From an uncultured bacterium (GTDB lineage Bacteria > Verrucomicrobiota > Kiritimatiellia > PWTM01): a DNA stretch of 64,000 nucleotides. The stretch lies in contig CAVUUJ010000001.1 in the NCBI GenBank assembly GCA_963744655.1, forward strand, positions 335,835 through 399,834. Direction: 5' to 3'. The position numbers and the translations under genes were made by a program. The notes beneath the pieces are model-generated. The model was not told the origin of the DNA, ran no database searches, and worked only from the letters and a program-made list of their open reading frames with translations. Shown here one piece after another: positions 11,482 through 19,774 of the stretch. Every line of letters starts with the position of its first letter. Position 1 is the stretch's first letter.

Positions 11482-13893
11482 CTATCCGTCGTCTCCCGCT
11501 TGCGGCGGCGGGCCGCCCCCGCGCCGGCCCGCGTCCCCGCCGGGCGGTCGCCCGGCGACGGCGGCCTGGCCAAGGGCCACGCAGCCGTCGTTGGGCGGCG
11601 AGAGGCGGTGAAGGAACACGCGGAAGCCGAGCCCTTCGAGCCGCGGGACCAGCCCGTCCGTGAGTACGCGGTTCATGAAACACCCGCCGGAAAGCACCAT
11701 CGCCCGCGCGCCCACCCGCCCGGCGGCGTGCGCGGCCATGGCGAGGCCCGCCTCGACGACGCTGTCGTGGAACCGCCGCGCCTCGGCGGCGGCGTCCGGC
11801 GCGGGCGCGCGGGCCGCGGGCCGCTCGGCGAGGCGGGCGAACAGCGGGGACCAGTCGACCACGAACAGGCCGTCGCGTTCGGCCGTGCGGAAGGCGGTCG
11901 GCGCGCCGGGCCGGGACGGTCCGGCCCGCCGGGCCCAGGCCTCCAGGCGGACCGCGGGCTGGCCCTCGTACGTGGCCGCGCGCGGCGCGATGCCCAGGGC
12001 CGCCGACACGGCGTCGAAGAGCCGGCCGGCCCCGTGCGACAGGGGGGCGTTCAGGCCGGTCCGGACCTGGTGCGACCACGCGGCGAGGGCGCCGCGGCTT
12101 ACCCCGAAGGCGGCGCACCAGTCCGCCGGCACGTCGAGGCCCAGGGCGAGCCAGCGCGCGAACAGCTGGCGGACGGGCTCGCGGACGGCGGCATCGCCGC
12201 CGGGGAGCGGCGCGGCGGCGAAGGTGCCCAGGCGGCGGAAACCGCCGGGATCGACGTAGAGCAGTTCGGCGCCCCAGATCGTTCCGTCGGGGCCCAGGCC
12301 GGTTCCGTCGAAGACCAGCGCGAGGGCGTCGTCGAGGCCGTGCTCGGCCATGCAGGCCGCGGCGTGGGCGTGGTGGTGCTGGACGGCGCAGAGCGGCAGC
12401 CCGAGCGCGCGCGCCATCTCGCGGCCCCCGCGCGTCGCGTGCATGTCCGGGTGCAGGTCGACCGCGACCGCCTCGGGCTCGGCGCCGAGGAAGCGCGGCA
12501 GGTCCTCCACCACGCGCCGCCAGCCGGCGATGGCCTCGGGGGTCTCCAGGTCCCCCACGTGGGGCGAGAGGACCACCTCGCCGCCGCCGCCCACCGCGAC
12601 GGCGTTCTTGAGCTCCGCGCCGAGCGCGAGCACGGTGCGCGCGAGGGGCGGGGCGACGGGGATGGGCAGCGGCGCATGGCCGCGCGCCCGGCGCCATACC
12701 TGCGGCGCGCCCCGCTGCAGGATGCACAGGCTGTCGTCGTTCCGCAGGCGGATGTCGCGGTCGTGGTCGAGGAAGACGTCCGCGATCCCGCCGAGCCGCT
12801 CCAGGGCCTCGGCGAGGGACAGGCAGATGGGTTCGCCCCGCCGGTTGCCGCTGGTCATGACGAGCCAGTCGAAGGCGGCCGCCGGGTCGCCGTCGAGCGG
12901 CTCCGCGAGGAGCAGGTGCAGGGGCGAGGCGGGCAGCATGACCCCCAGGGTCGGCGCGTCCGGCGCCAGGAGGTTGCACGCGGGGCCGGGCGGGCAGGGG
13001 GGCCGATCCTCCCCGGGGAGCAGGTCGAGGATGACGATGGGCGCCGCGGCCGAGCGGAGCAGGTCTTCGGCGGCCGGGGGGACGTCGCACACGGCACGGA
13101 CGGCCTCCAGGCCGCGCGCCATGACGGCCAGCGGCTTGTGCGGCCGGCGCTTTCGGTCCCGGAGCCGCCCGACCGCATCGCGGTTCGCGGCGTCCACCGC
13201 CAGGAGGAAGCCGCCGATCCCGCGCAGGGCGACGATGCGCCCGGCCGCGAGGGCGCGGCGGGCCCCGCGCAGCGGGTCGCCGTCCACGGCGGCGCCCGCC
13301 GCGTCCAGCAGCCGGAGCCGCGGTCCGCAGGCGGGGCAGGCGATGCTCTCGGCGTGGAACCGGCGGTCGGCCGGGTCCCGGTACTCCCGCCGGCACGTGT
13401 CGCAGAGGGGGAACGACGACAGGGTGGTCCGGGCACGGTCGTACGGCATGTCGCGCACCACGGTGTAGCGCGGGCCGCAGTCGGTGCAGGTCGTGAAGGC
13501 GTAGCCGTAACGCCGGTTCGCGGGGTCGAGCACCTCGCGGCGGCACGCGGCGCACAGGGCGAGGTCGGCGGGTATCGCGACGTGCCGCGCGACGGAGGCC
13601 CGGCTGCCGTCGATGGTGAACGGGGCGTGCGGAGGTCCCCCCGGTAGCGGCCGGGTCTCCGTCTCCTCGATGGAGGCCACCCGCGCCGGGTGCGGCAGCC
13701 GGTCCGGCAGGTCGCGCAGGAAGGCCGCGACGTCCTCCGCGGGGCCTTCCAGGACGAGCTCGACGGTGCCCGACCGGTTCCGGACGGAACCGCCGAGCCC
13801 GGCGTGTCGCGCGAGGCGGTACACGGCGGGCCGGAAGCCGACGCCCTGTACCACGCCGCGCAGCTCCACCACTTTGCGGATGCGGGCGGCCAT
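11482..13893 (-). CDS. hypF: Carbamoyltransferase HypF
   Basis: 803 aa with an acylphosphatase-like N-terminus (VELRGVVQGVGFRP), paired CxxC zinc fingers (CAACRREV...CTDCGPRYT, CDTCRREY...CPACGP), and YrdC-like and Kae1-like C-terminal parts. Confidence 0.92.
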   Translation of the reverse strand: MAARIRKVVELRGVVQGVGFRPAVYRLARHAGLGGSVRNRSGTVELVLEGPAEDVAAFLRDLPDRLPHPARVASIEETETRPLPGGPPHAPFTIDGSRASVARHVAIPADLALCAACRREVLDPANRRYGYAFTTCTDCGPRYTVVRDMPYDRARTTLSSFPLCDTCRREYRDPADRRFHAESIACPACGPRLRLLDAAGAAVDGDPLRGARRALAAGRIVALRGIGGFLLAVDAANRDAVGRLRDRKRRPHKPLAVMARGLEAVRAVCDVPPAAEDLLRSAAAPIVILDLLPGEDRPPCPPGPACNLLAPDAPTLGVMLPASPLHLLLAEPLDGDPAAAFDWLVMTSGNRRGEPICLSLAEALERLGGIADVFLDHDRDIRLRNDDSLCILQRGAPQVWRRARGHAPLPIPVAPPLARTVLALGAELKNAVAVGGGGEVVLSPHVGDLETPEAIAGWRRVVEDLPRFLGAEPEAVAVDLHPDMHATRGGREMARALGLPLCAVQHHHAHAAACMAEHGLDDALALVFDGTGLGPDGTIWGAELLYVDPGGFRRLGTFAAAPLPGGDAAVREPVRQLFARWLALGLDVPADWCAAFGVSRGALAAWSHQVRTGLNAPLSHGAGRLFDAVSAALGIAPRAATYEGQPAVRLEAWARRAGPSRPGAPTAFRTAERDGLFVVDWSPLFARLAERPAARAPAPDAAAEARRFHDSVVEAGLAMAAHAAGRVGARAMVLSGGCFMNRVLTDGLVPRLEGLGFRVFLHRLSPPNDGCVALGQAAVAGRPPGGDAGRRGGGPPPQAGDDG

Positions 13894-13987
13894 GACCGTA
13901 CCGGGGCAGGCTACGCCCGCCGGGCGGGGGTAGCAAGAGGCCCGGGCGGCGCGTCCGCCGGGCCCCCGGGCGCTTTGCCGCGGGCGC

Positions 13988-14368
13988 CTAGGCCTGTCCC
14001 AGCTTCTCCGCGAGCGTGCGGAGCAGAACCTGCGGCTGGATGGGCTTCTGGAAGACGCCGTTGAGCCCGAGGTCCTGGTAGCTGGTGGCCATGTGCAGCT
14101 GGTCGCCGGCGGAACTCAGCATGTAGATCGGGGCCTTGTTCCCGAGGAGCTGTAGTTCCTTGACGAAACTGGTGCCCGAATCGACCTCCTCCATCATGAG
14201 GTCGACGATGATCACGTCGGGGCCGGACGCCTTGAACGCCTTGAGGCCCTCCTCGGCCGTGGGCGCCGTGACGACCTCGTACCCGTTGGGCTCGAGGATC
14301 ATGCGCACCGCGTCGGTGAAGTCCGGGTCGTCGTCGATGCAGAGTACTACGTGTTTTCCGTCGTTCAT
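13988..14368 (-). CDS. Receiver-only (CheY-like) response regulator
   Basis: 126 aa with an acidic pocket IDDD, the phospho-acceptor context IIVDLMM, and the conserved Lys in FQKP. There is no output domain. Its start overlaps the hoxW stop (ATGA at 14365-14368). Confidence 0.85.
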   Translation of the reverse strand: MNDGKHVVLCIDDDPDFTDAVRMILEPNGYEVVTAPTAEEGLKAFKASGPDVIIVDLMMEEVDSGTSFVKELQLLGNKAPIYMLSSAGDQLHMATSYQDLGLNGVFQKPIQPQVLLRTLAEKLGQA

Positions 14369-14871
14369 GGTTCGTTCCTCGCTTGGTCCTTCGCGGACCG
14401 CTCCAGCTGTCTCACGGCCTCCTCGAACGTGCCCTGCCGCAGGACGGGCTCCACGAAACGCAGGGCCGCCGCCAGGTTCTCCACCGCCCGCTCCGAAAGG
14501 CCCTCGTCGAACGCGTTGAACCGGTAGCCGCGGATGCCCAGCGCGTACCCCCGCGTCGGCGTCCCGAACAGCGTGTGCGCCATCGCCAGCACGGCGGACG
14601 GTTCCACGCTGTGGGAACTGAAGCTGATTTCCCCGGAGGGCACAACCCTCCGGAGGAAAAAAGGCTCCGGTCCGTCGACCGCGGCATCCGCGAACACCAC
14701 CACGTCGTGCCGGGCCGCCGCTTCCGCGTCCTCCACCGTCAACTGGTAGTCGGCGTCCACCGTCACGCCCGGCAGGCCGGCGGCCTCGACGGCCTCCGCC
14801 AGCGCCGGTCCGAGGCCGTCGTCGCACCGCCCCGGGTTGCCGTACCCGATAAAGAGAACCTTACTCAACAC
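14365..14871 (-). CDS. hoxW: Hydrogenase maturation endopeptidase (HoxW/HyaD family)
   Basis: 168 aa. VLFIGYGNPGRCDDGLG matches the GxGNxxxxDDGxG motif of the [NiFe] large-subunit C-terminal protease. It overlaps the hoxH 3' end by 11 nt. Confidence 0.85.
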   Translation of the reverse strand: MLSKVLFIGYGNPGRCDDGLGPALAEAVEAAGLPGVTVDADYQLTVEDAEAAARHDVVVFADAAVDGPEPFFLRRVVPSGEISFSSHSVEPSAVLAMAHTLFGTPTRGYALGIRGYRFNAFDEGLSERAVENLAAALRFVEPVLRQGTFEEAVRQLERSAKDQARNEP

Positions 14872-16316
14872 CCTTCGCCCTGCGGTCGACCAAGTCGCCG
14901 GAGGCGTCCACGAGTTCCACGACGAGCGGCATCTGCCCCATGGCGTGCGTCGCGCAGGAGAGGCACGGATCGTAGGCGCGGATGGCGACCTCGATGTGGT
15001 TCAGCAGGCCCTCGGTGATCGTGACCCCGGAGAGGTGGTCGTGGGCGACCTTCTCCACCGCGCGGTTCATCGGCGTGTTGTTGCTGGTCGTCGAAACGAT
15101 CAGGTTGCAGCGCGTGACGAGGTCGTCCTCGTTGACCTCGTAGTGGTGGAAGAGCGTGCCGCGCGGCGCCTCGATGAGGCCGACGGCCTCGCCGCGGCGC
15201 TCGCCCTTCACGAGCAGGTCCTCGCCCTGGAGGTCCGGGTCGTTGAGCAGGTCGCGGATCTTCTCCGCGGAGTGCAGCATCTCGATCATGCGGGCCCAGT
15301 GGTAGGCCATGGTGACGTTGTTCGGCTTGCCGCCGGTCAGCGCCGTGAAGGTCCTTGCGGGCCTCCTCCGCCTCGGGGGTGTCGATGAAGTCCGCCGTGT
15401 TGAGGCGGGCCAGCGGGCCGACGCGGTACCACCCGTCCTCGGGTCCGAGGGACTGGATGAACGGGAACTTCATGTACGTCCAGTCCTTCACCTCCTCGGC
15501 GATGTAGTCGACGTAGTCCTGGTAGTCGACCTGGTCGAAGATCGCCTCGCCCGCCGCGTCGATGGCGCGCAGGTTGCCGTGGTAGAGGTCCATGGCCCCG
15601 TCGTCGCGGATGAGGGAGAGGTGGTTCGAGTCGAACGAGCCGAAATCGGCGAGGTCTCCAGGTGCTCGGTCGTGTAGTCGCTCGCGATCTTCAGCGCGCC
15701 GCGCGACCACTCCAGGATCTGGTCGATGTCCGTGAGGAACCCGTCGCGCTCGGCGATCGAGAGGTTCTTGTTCACGCCGCCGGGGATGGCGCCCGTGCCG
15801 TGGATCTTCTTGCCGGCGGTGGCCTTGATGATCTCCTGGCCGTACTTGCGCAGCATGACGCCCTGCACGGCGAGGTCCGGGAACTTTCGCGCCACGCCGA
15901 TGACGTTGCGGACGGCCACGTCGGCGTCGAAGCCGAAGAGCAGGTCCGGGCGACACGAGGTGGAAGAAGTGCAGCGCGTGCGACTGCAGCATCTGGCCGT
16001 AGTGCATGAGCCGGCGCATCTTCTCGGCCGTGGGGGTGAGCTGGTCGACGCCGACGATGAGGTCCATGGCCTTGGCCGCGGCCAGGTGGTGGCTCACGGG
16101 GCAGATGCCGCAGAGGCGCTGGACGAGGACGGGCACCTCCCAGTAGGGGCGGCCCTGGATGAAGCGCTCGAAGCCGCGGAACTCCACGATGTGGAGCCGG
16201 GCCTGCTTCACCTTGCTCTGCTCGTCGAGCAGGATGGTCACCTTGCCGTGGCCCTCGACGCGCGTGACGGGTTCGATGACGATCTTGCGGGATGCGGCTG
16301 CGGTTGCTGTTGCCAT
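14861..16316 (-). pseudogene. hoxH: [NiFe] hydrogenase large subunit HoxH (NAD(P)-linked, group 3 type); three single-base frame breaks (possible assembly error)
   Basis: N-terminal motif RLCGICPVSHH and C-terminal motif DPCLSCATH plus a cleavable tail. The three pieces join at about 15945 (extra G: SPGP versus SPDLLFGFDADVA), about 15655 (missing base: HLE/DLADFGSFD) and about 15350 (extra C: ARKD/FTALTGGKPNNVTMAYHW). Confidence 0.88.
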
Positions 16317-16333
16317 GGCGTGAACTCCTGTGG

Positions 16334-16879
16334 TCAGTCGTACTTGATCAGTTCGTAGGGCAGTTCGACGGGCTGGTCGGTCAGCAGCGCCGTCAGGGCG
16401 GCCCAGATGGTGTCCGCGGGCGGCGGGCAGCCCTGCAGAAAGTAGTCGATTTTCACCACTTCGTGGCAGGGATACACCTTGTTGAGCAGCAGCGGGATGT
16501 CCGGGTCGTTGGGGATGCGACCGGAGGGGTTGTGGACCGTCGGGCCGTCGAGGTAGGCCTCGTCGAGGCATTCCTTGAGCGGGATCGTGTTGCGCATCGC
16601 GGGGATGCCGCCGCAGATGGCGCACTCGCCGAGGGAGATCAGGATGTCGCAGTGCTTCCGGAACTCCTGCAGCACGTGCACGTTCTCCTCGTTGCAGCAG
16701 CCGCCCTCGATCAGGCCGACGGCGCAGCGCTCGGAGATGTGCTTGATGTCGTTGATGGGCGAACGGTCGAACTCGACCAGGTCGATGAGCTGAAGGATGC
16801 GGTCGTCGATGTCCAGGATGGACATGTGGCAGCCGAAGCAGCCGGCCAGGGACGTCGTTGCTACCTTGGGTTTGGCCAT
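16334..16879 (-). CDS. hoxY: [NiFe] hydrogenase small subunit HoxY
   Basis: 181 aa starting MAKPKVATTSLAGCFGCHMS, with further Cys ligands (GGCCNEE, GECAICGGIP, GCPP). This is a short small subunit of the soluble/bidirectional type. It lies between hoxU and hoxH. Confidence 0.85.
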   Translation of the reverse strand: MAKPKVATTSLAGCFGCHMSILDIDDRILQLIDLVEFDRSPINDIKHISERCAVGLIEGGCCNEENVHVLQEFRKHCDILISLGECAICGGIPAMRNTIPLKECLDEAYLDGPTVHNPSGRIPNDPDIPLLLNKVYPCHEVVKIDYFLQGCPPPADTIWAALTALLTDQPVELPYELIKYD

Positions 16880-16893
16880 GGTCGGGCTCTCCT

Positions 16894-17610
16894 TCACTTC
16901 GCCGCGCCGGCGGGATGCTCGATATCGGATCCGATGGGTTCGTGGTCGTAGGTGCGCTGTCCGACGGGCACGAGGTAGCCCTGGCGCTTCCGGACGATGC
17001 AGCCCACGGGGCAGAGGTCCGGGGCGCGGTCGCCGGCGTCGAGGTCGGTGCCGCCGAGCCCCTTCGCGTCGTTGACGCTGATCCGCTTGGCCGGGCCGCG
17101 GCCGACGAACCCGAAGACGTGCTTGCCGTCGAGCTCCTCCGAGGCGCGCACGCAGCGGGCGCACAGCACGCAGCGGTTGCGGTCGACCAGCACGTCGGGG
17201 TGCGAGGCGTCCACGTCCCGCTCGGGGAAGAGGTAGGGGTAGCGCGGGGCGAGCAAGCCCAGCCGGTAGCCGAGGGCCTGCAGTTCGCAGTTGCCGCTCC
17301 TCTCGCAGAACATGCAGTAGTGGTTGCCCTCTACGAAGAGCATCTCCACGAGGCGCTTGCGGTGCTCGTTGACTTCCTCCGTGTCGCTGTCCACGACCAT
17401 GCCGGCGGTCGCGGGCGTGGTGCAGGCGGCCTGGGGGCGCCCGTTGACCATCACGGTGCACACGCGGCAGGCGCCGAAGGGCGAGAGCTCCTTCTGCGCG
17501 CAGAGCCGCGGGATGTAGATGCCCGCGTCGTCCGCGGCCTGGAGGATGGTCTGGCCCTTGCGGGCCTCCACGGTCTTCCCGTCGATCGAGAGTGTGAACG
17601 TGTCGCTCAT
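16894..17610 (-). CDS. hoxU: Diaphorase Fe-S subunit HoxU (NuoG N-terminal-like)
   Basis: 238 aa with a 2Fe-2S ferredoxin N-terminus (C..GACRVC) and 4Fe-4S motifs (CMFCERSGNC, CVLCARCVRA, CPVG). Confidence 0.85.
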   Translation of the reverse strand: MSDTFTLSIDGKTVEARKGQTILQAADDAGIYIPRLCAQKELSPFGACRVCTVMVNGRPQAACTTPATAGMVVDSDTEEVNEHRKRLVEMLFVEGNHYCMFCERSGNCELQALGYRLGLLAPRYPYLFPERDVDASHPDVLVDRNRCVLCARCVRASEELDGKHVFGFVGRGPAKRISVNDAKGLGGTDLDAGDRAPDLCPVGCIVRKRQGYLVPVGQRTYDHEPIGSDIEHPAGAAK

Positions 17611-17629
17611 GGTGGCTCGCTCCCCTGCC

Positions 17630-19447
17630 TCAGTCCTTGTAGATGACCGAGTCGCGCCCGGTCAGTTGCCTGGAGTCCTCAAGGGCTCCCCGGATATCGA
17701 AGTTGGAGTGGAAACCGTCCTCGCCGACGGCGCGCGTCCGGCGGACGTACAGGTCCCGGAAGCCCGCCAGGGTGCTGAGGACGGGGTTGGCCGCGGTCTG
17801 GCCCAGGCCGCAGCGGCTGGCCGTCTTCATGGTCTGGCCCAGCTGCTCGAGGTACTCGAGGTCGCCCTCCTCGCCGCGGCCGCGCGCGAAGTCGCCGATC
17901 TTCTCCTTCAGGAGCACCGTGCCGACCCGGCAGGGGGTGCAGTACCCGCAGGTCTCCTCGACGAAGAAGTCCAGGAACCTGCCCACGACGGCGAACAGGT
18001 CGCGTTGCGGCCCGAACACCATGACCGAGCCGCCCGTGGCCAGGTCGTCGTAGCAGATGGTCCGGTCGAAGTCTTTCGGGCCGACCATCCGGCCCGACGG
18101 CCCGCCCACCTGGACGGCCTGCGCGTCCTCGGCGCCGGCGTCCTTGAGCACGCGGCTCAACGCCACGCCGAAGGGGTACTCGTACACGCCGGGGCTGGCG
18201 CAGTCGCCGGACACGCTGAGCAGCTTCGTCCCGGGGCTGCCCTTGGAGCCCATCTCGGCGAACCAGCCCGGCCCCCGCTCGAGGATGCGCGCGGCACAGC
18301 AGAACGTCTCGACGTTGTTCACCGAGGTCGGAAGGCCGAGGTAGCCCTTCTGGGCGGGGAACGGCGGGCGGTTCTTCGGGTCGCCGCGCTTGCCCTCCGC
18401 CGAGCTGAGCAGCGAGGTCTCCTCGCCGCAGATGTAGGCGCCCGCGCCGAGCTGGATGCGGAGGTCGAAATCGAAGCCCGCCTTGCCCAGGATCGACGCG
18501 CCCAGCAGGTTCCGGTCCCGGCGCTCCTGCAGCACGTGCTCGAGGAAGTCGGCCAGGTAGGCATACTCCCCGCGCAGGTAGAGGATGCCTTCCGCGGCGC
18601 CGATGGCGTAGCCGGCGATCGCCATCCCCTCGAAAAGCAGGTCGGCGCACTCGGTCAGCACCACGCGGTCCTTGAACGTGCCCGGCTCCCCCTCGTCGGC
18701 GTTGCAGACGACCACCTTGCGGTCGCCCTCCGCGGCGCGGGTGAATTCCCACTTCATGCCCGCGGGGAAGCCGGCGCCGCCGCGCCCGCGCAGCCGCGAG
18801 GTCTTGATGTCGCGGATGACCTCCACGGGGCTCATCGCGATGGCCTTGCGCAGGGCGGCGCCCGGCGGGAGCGCCGCGAACACCACCTCGCCCTTGCGCC
18901 GGATGCCGTTGTGGACCATCGCGTGCACGAGCGGGTGCGCGTTGTTGCCGTCGCCGAGCCGGTGCACGAGCTTGCGCGGATCGGGGTCGGCCTTGAGCGC
19001 CTGCACGACCTCGCGCGCCTTGTCGCTCGAAAGGTAGGTCACGACCGTGTCGTTGATGAGGGCGGCGGGCGCCTGGTCGCACATGCCGATGCAGGGCGTG
19101 TGCTCGAGGCTGATCCGGCCGTCGGGCGTCGTCTCGCCGAAGCCGATGCCCAGCTCCTCCTGGAAGGCCTGCGCGACCTTGTCGGCCCCGGCCATCTCGT
19201 CGATCACGTCGTCGCACAGCCGGATCACGACGGGCGCCCGGGGCTCCTGCGAAAAGAAGCCGTAGAAGGAGACGAGGCCCTGTACCTCGACGCGCGGCAG
19301 CTTCAGCCCGGCCGCGACGCGGTCGATCATGTCGCTGCTCATGTGCCCGAACCGCGCATGCACGGCGCGCGCGACGTCCATGAGCCGCGCGGGCTCGTTG
19401 TCGTACCGGCTGCAGATCTCCGCAATGGCCTGGGAGACTTCACTCAT
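17630..19447 (-). CDS. hoxF: Diaphorase NAD(P)H/FMN subunit HoxF (NuoE-like plus NuoF-like fusion)
   Basis: 605 aa. The N-terminal NuoE-like part has CIGMCDQAP. The NuoF part has GRGGAGFPAGMKW (FMN), CNADEGEPGTFKDR, and ESCG-type ETCGYCTPCR. It is the first gene of the minus-strand operon. Confidence 0.9.
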   Translation of the reverse strand: MSEVSQAIAEICSRYDNEPARLMDVARAVHARFGHMSSDMIDRVAAGLKLPRVEVQGLVSFYGFFSQEPRAPVVIRLCDDVIDEMAGADKVAQAFQEELGIGFGETTPDGRISLEHTPCIGMCDQAPAALINDTVVTYLSSDKAREVVQALKADPDPRKLVHRLGDGNNAHPLVHAMVHNGIRRKGEVVFAALPPGAALRKAIAMSPVEVIRDIKTSRLRGRGGAGFPAGMKWEFTRAAEGDRKVVVCNADEGEPGTFKDRVVLTECADLLFEGMAIAGYAIGAAEGILYLRGEYAYLADFLEHVLQERRDRNLLGASILGKAGFDFDLRIQLGAGAYICGEETSLLSSAEGKRGDPKNRPPFPAQKGYLGLPTSVNNVETFCCAARILERGPGWFAEMGSKGSPGTKLLSVSGDCASPGVYEYPFGVALSRVLKDAGAEDAQAVQVGGPSGRMVGPKDFDRTICYDDLATGGSVMVFGPQRDLFAVVGRFLDFFVEETCGYCTPCRVGTVLLKEKIGDFARGRGEEGDLEYLEQLGQTMKTASRCGLGQTAANPVLSTLAGFRDLYVRRTRAVGEDGFHSNFDIRGALEDSRQLTGRDSVIYKD

Positions 19448-19576
19448 GCTCGCACCTCGCTTGGCTCAAGATCATACCTCTGGCCCGTCACCGCACCCGT
19501 AAGGGGACCGTCGTGTTCGCCTGGTCGGAAGGCCGGCGCGGCCCCCCGCAGGCAGGGCCACCCGACGGCGCGGCGC

Positions 19577-19605
19577 ATAGTAGGGAGGCGGCCGGGCGCC
19601 GTCAA
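19577..19605 (-). promoter_or_regulatory. Sigma-70-type promoter candidate for the hox operon
   Basis: The minus strand reads TTGACG-17 nt-TACTAT, about 130 nt upstream of the hoxF ATG. Confidence 0.45.
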
Positions 19606-19690
19606 GCGCCCGCGGGCGGGAAGGGGATATTTTTCGTCGTGCCGCGCGGGGGGGACGCCGCGCGCGCCGCGCGGAGCCCGCGGCGGGGCT

Positions 19691-19719
19691 TTGCAGTCGG
19701 CGGCGCGCCACCCTATAGT
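19691..19719 (+). promoter_or_regulatory. Sigma-70-type promoter candidate for the 19775 membrane-protein gene
   Basis: TTGCAG-17 nt-TATAGT, about 55 nt upstream of GTG 19775. It is divergent from the hox promoter. Confidence 0.45.
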
Positions 19720-19774
19720 GCGCGGGCCCGCGGCGGGTCGGGACGGGCCGCGGGGCCCGGGAGGAGGGTCGGAC

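Noticed and set aside
10771-13936. A 958-aa plus-strand ORF and an 895-aa alternative minus-frame ORF over hypF.
   Set aside because: They are antisense or off-frame shadows of hypF. They have low-complexity Arg/Pro/Gly composition, whereas the 803-aa frame carries all the HypF motifs.
17519-19774. The N-terminal 750 codons of the 1335-aa track ORF 17519-21526.
   Set aside because: This part is antisense to hoxF and hoxU and reads as low-complexity sequence. The real gene starts at GTG 19775, behind a GGAGGAGG ribosome-binding site and a promoter-like element.
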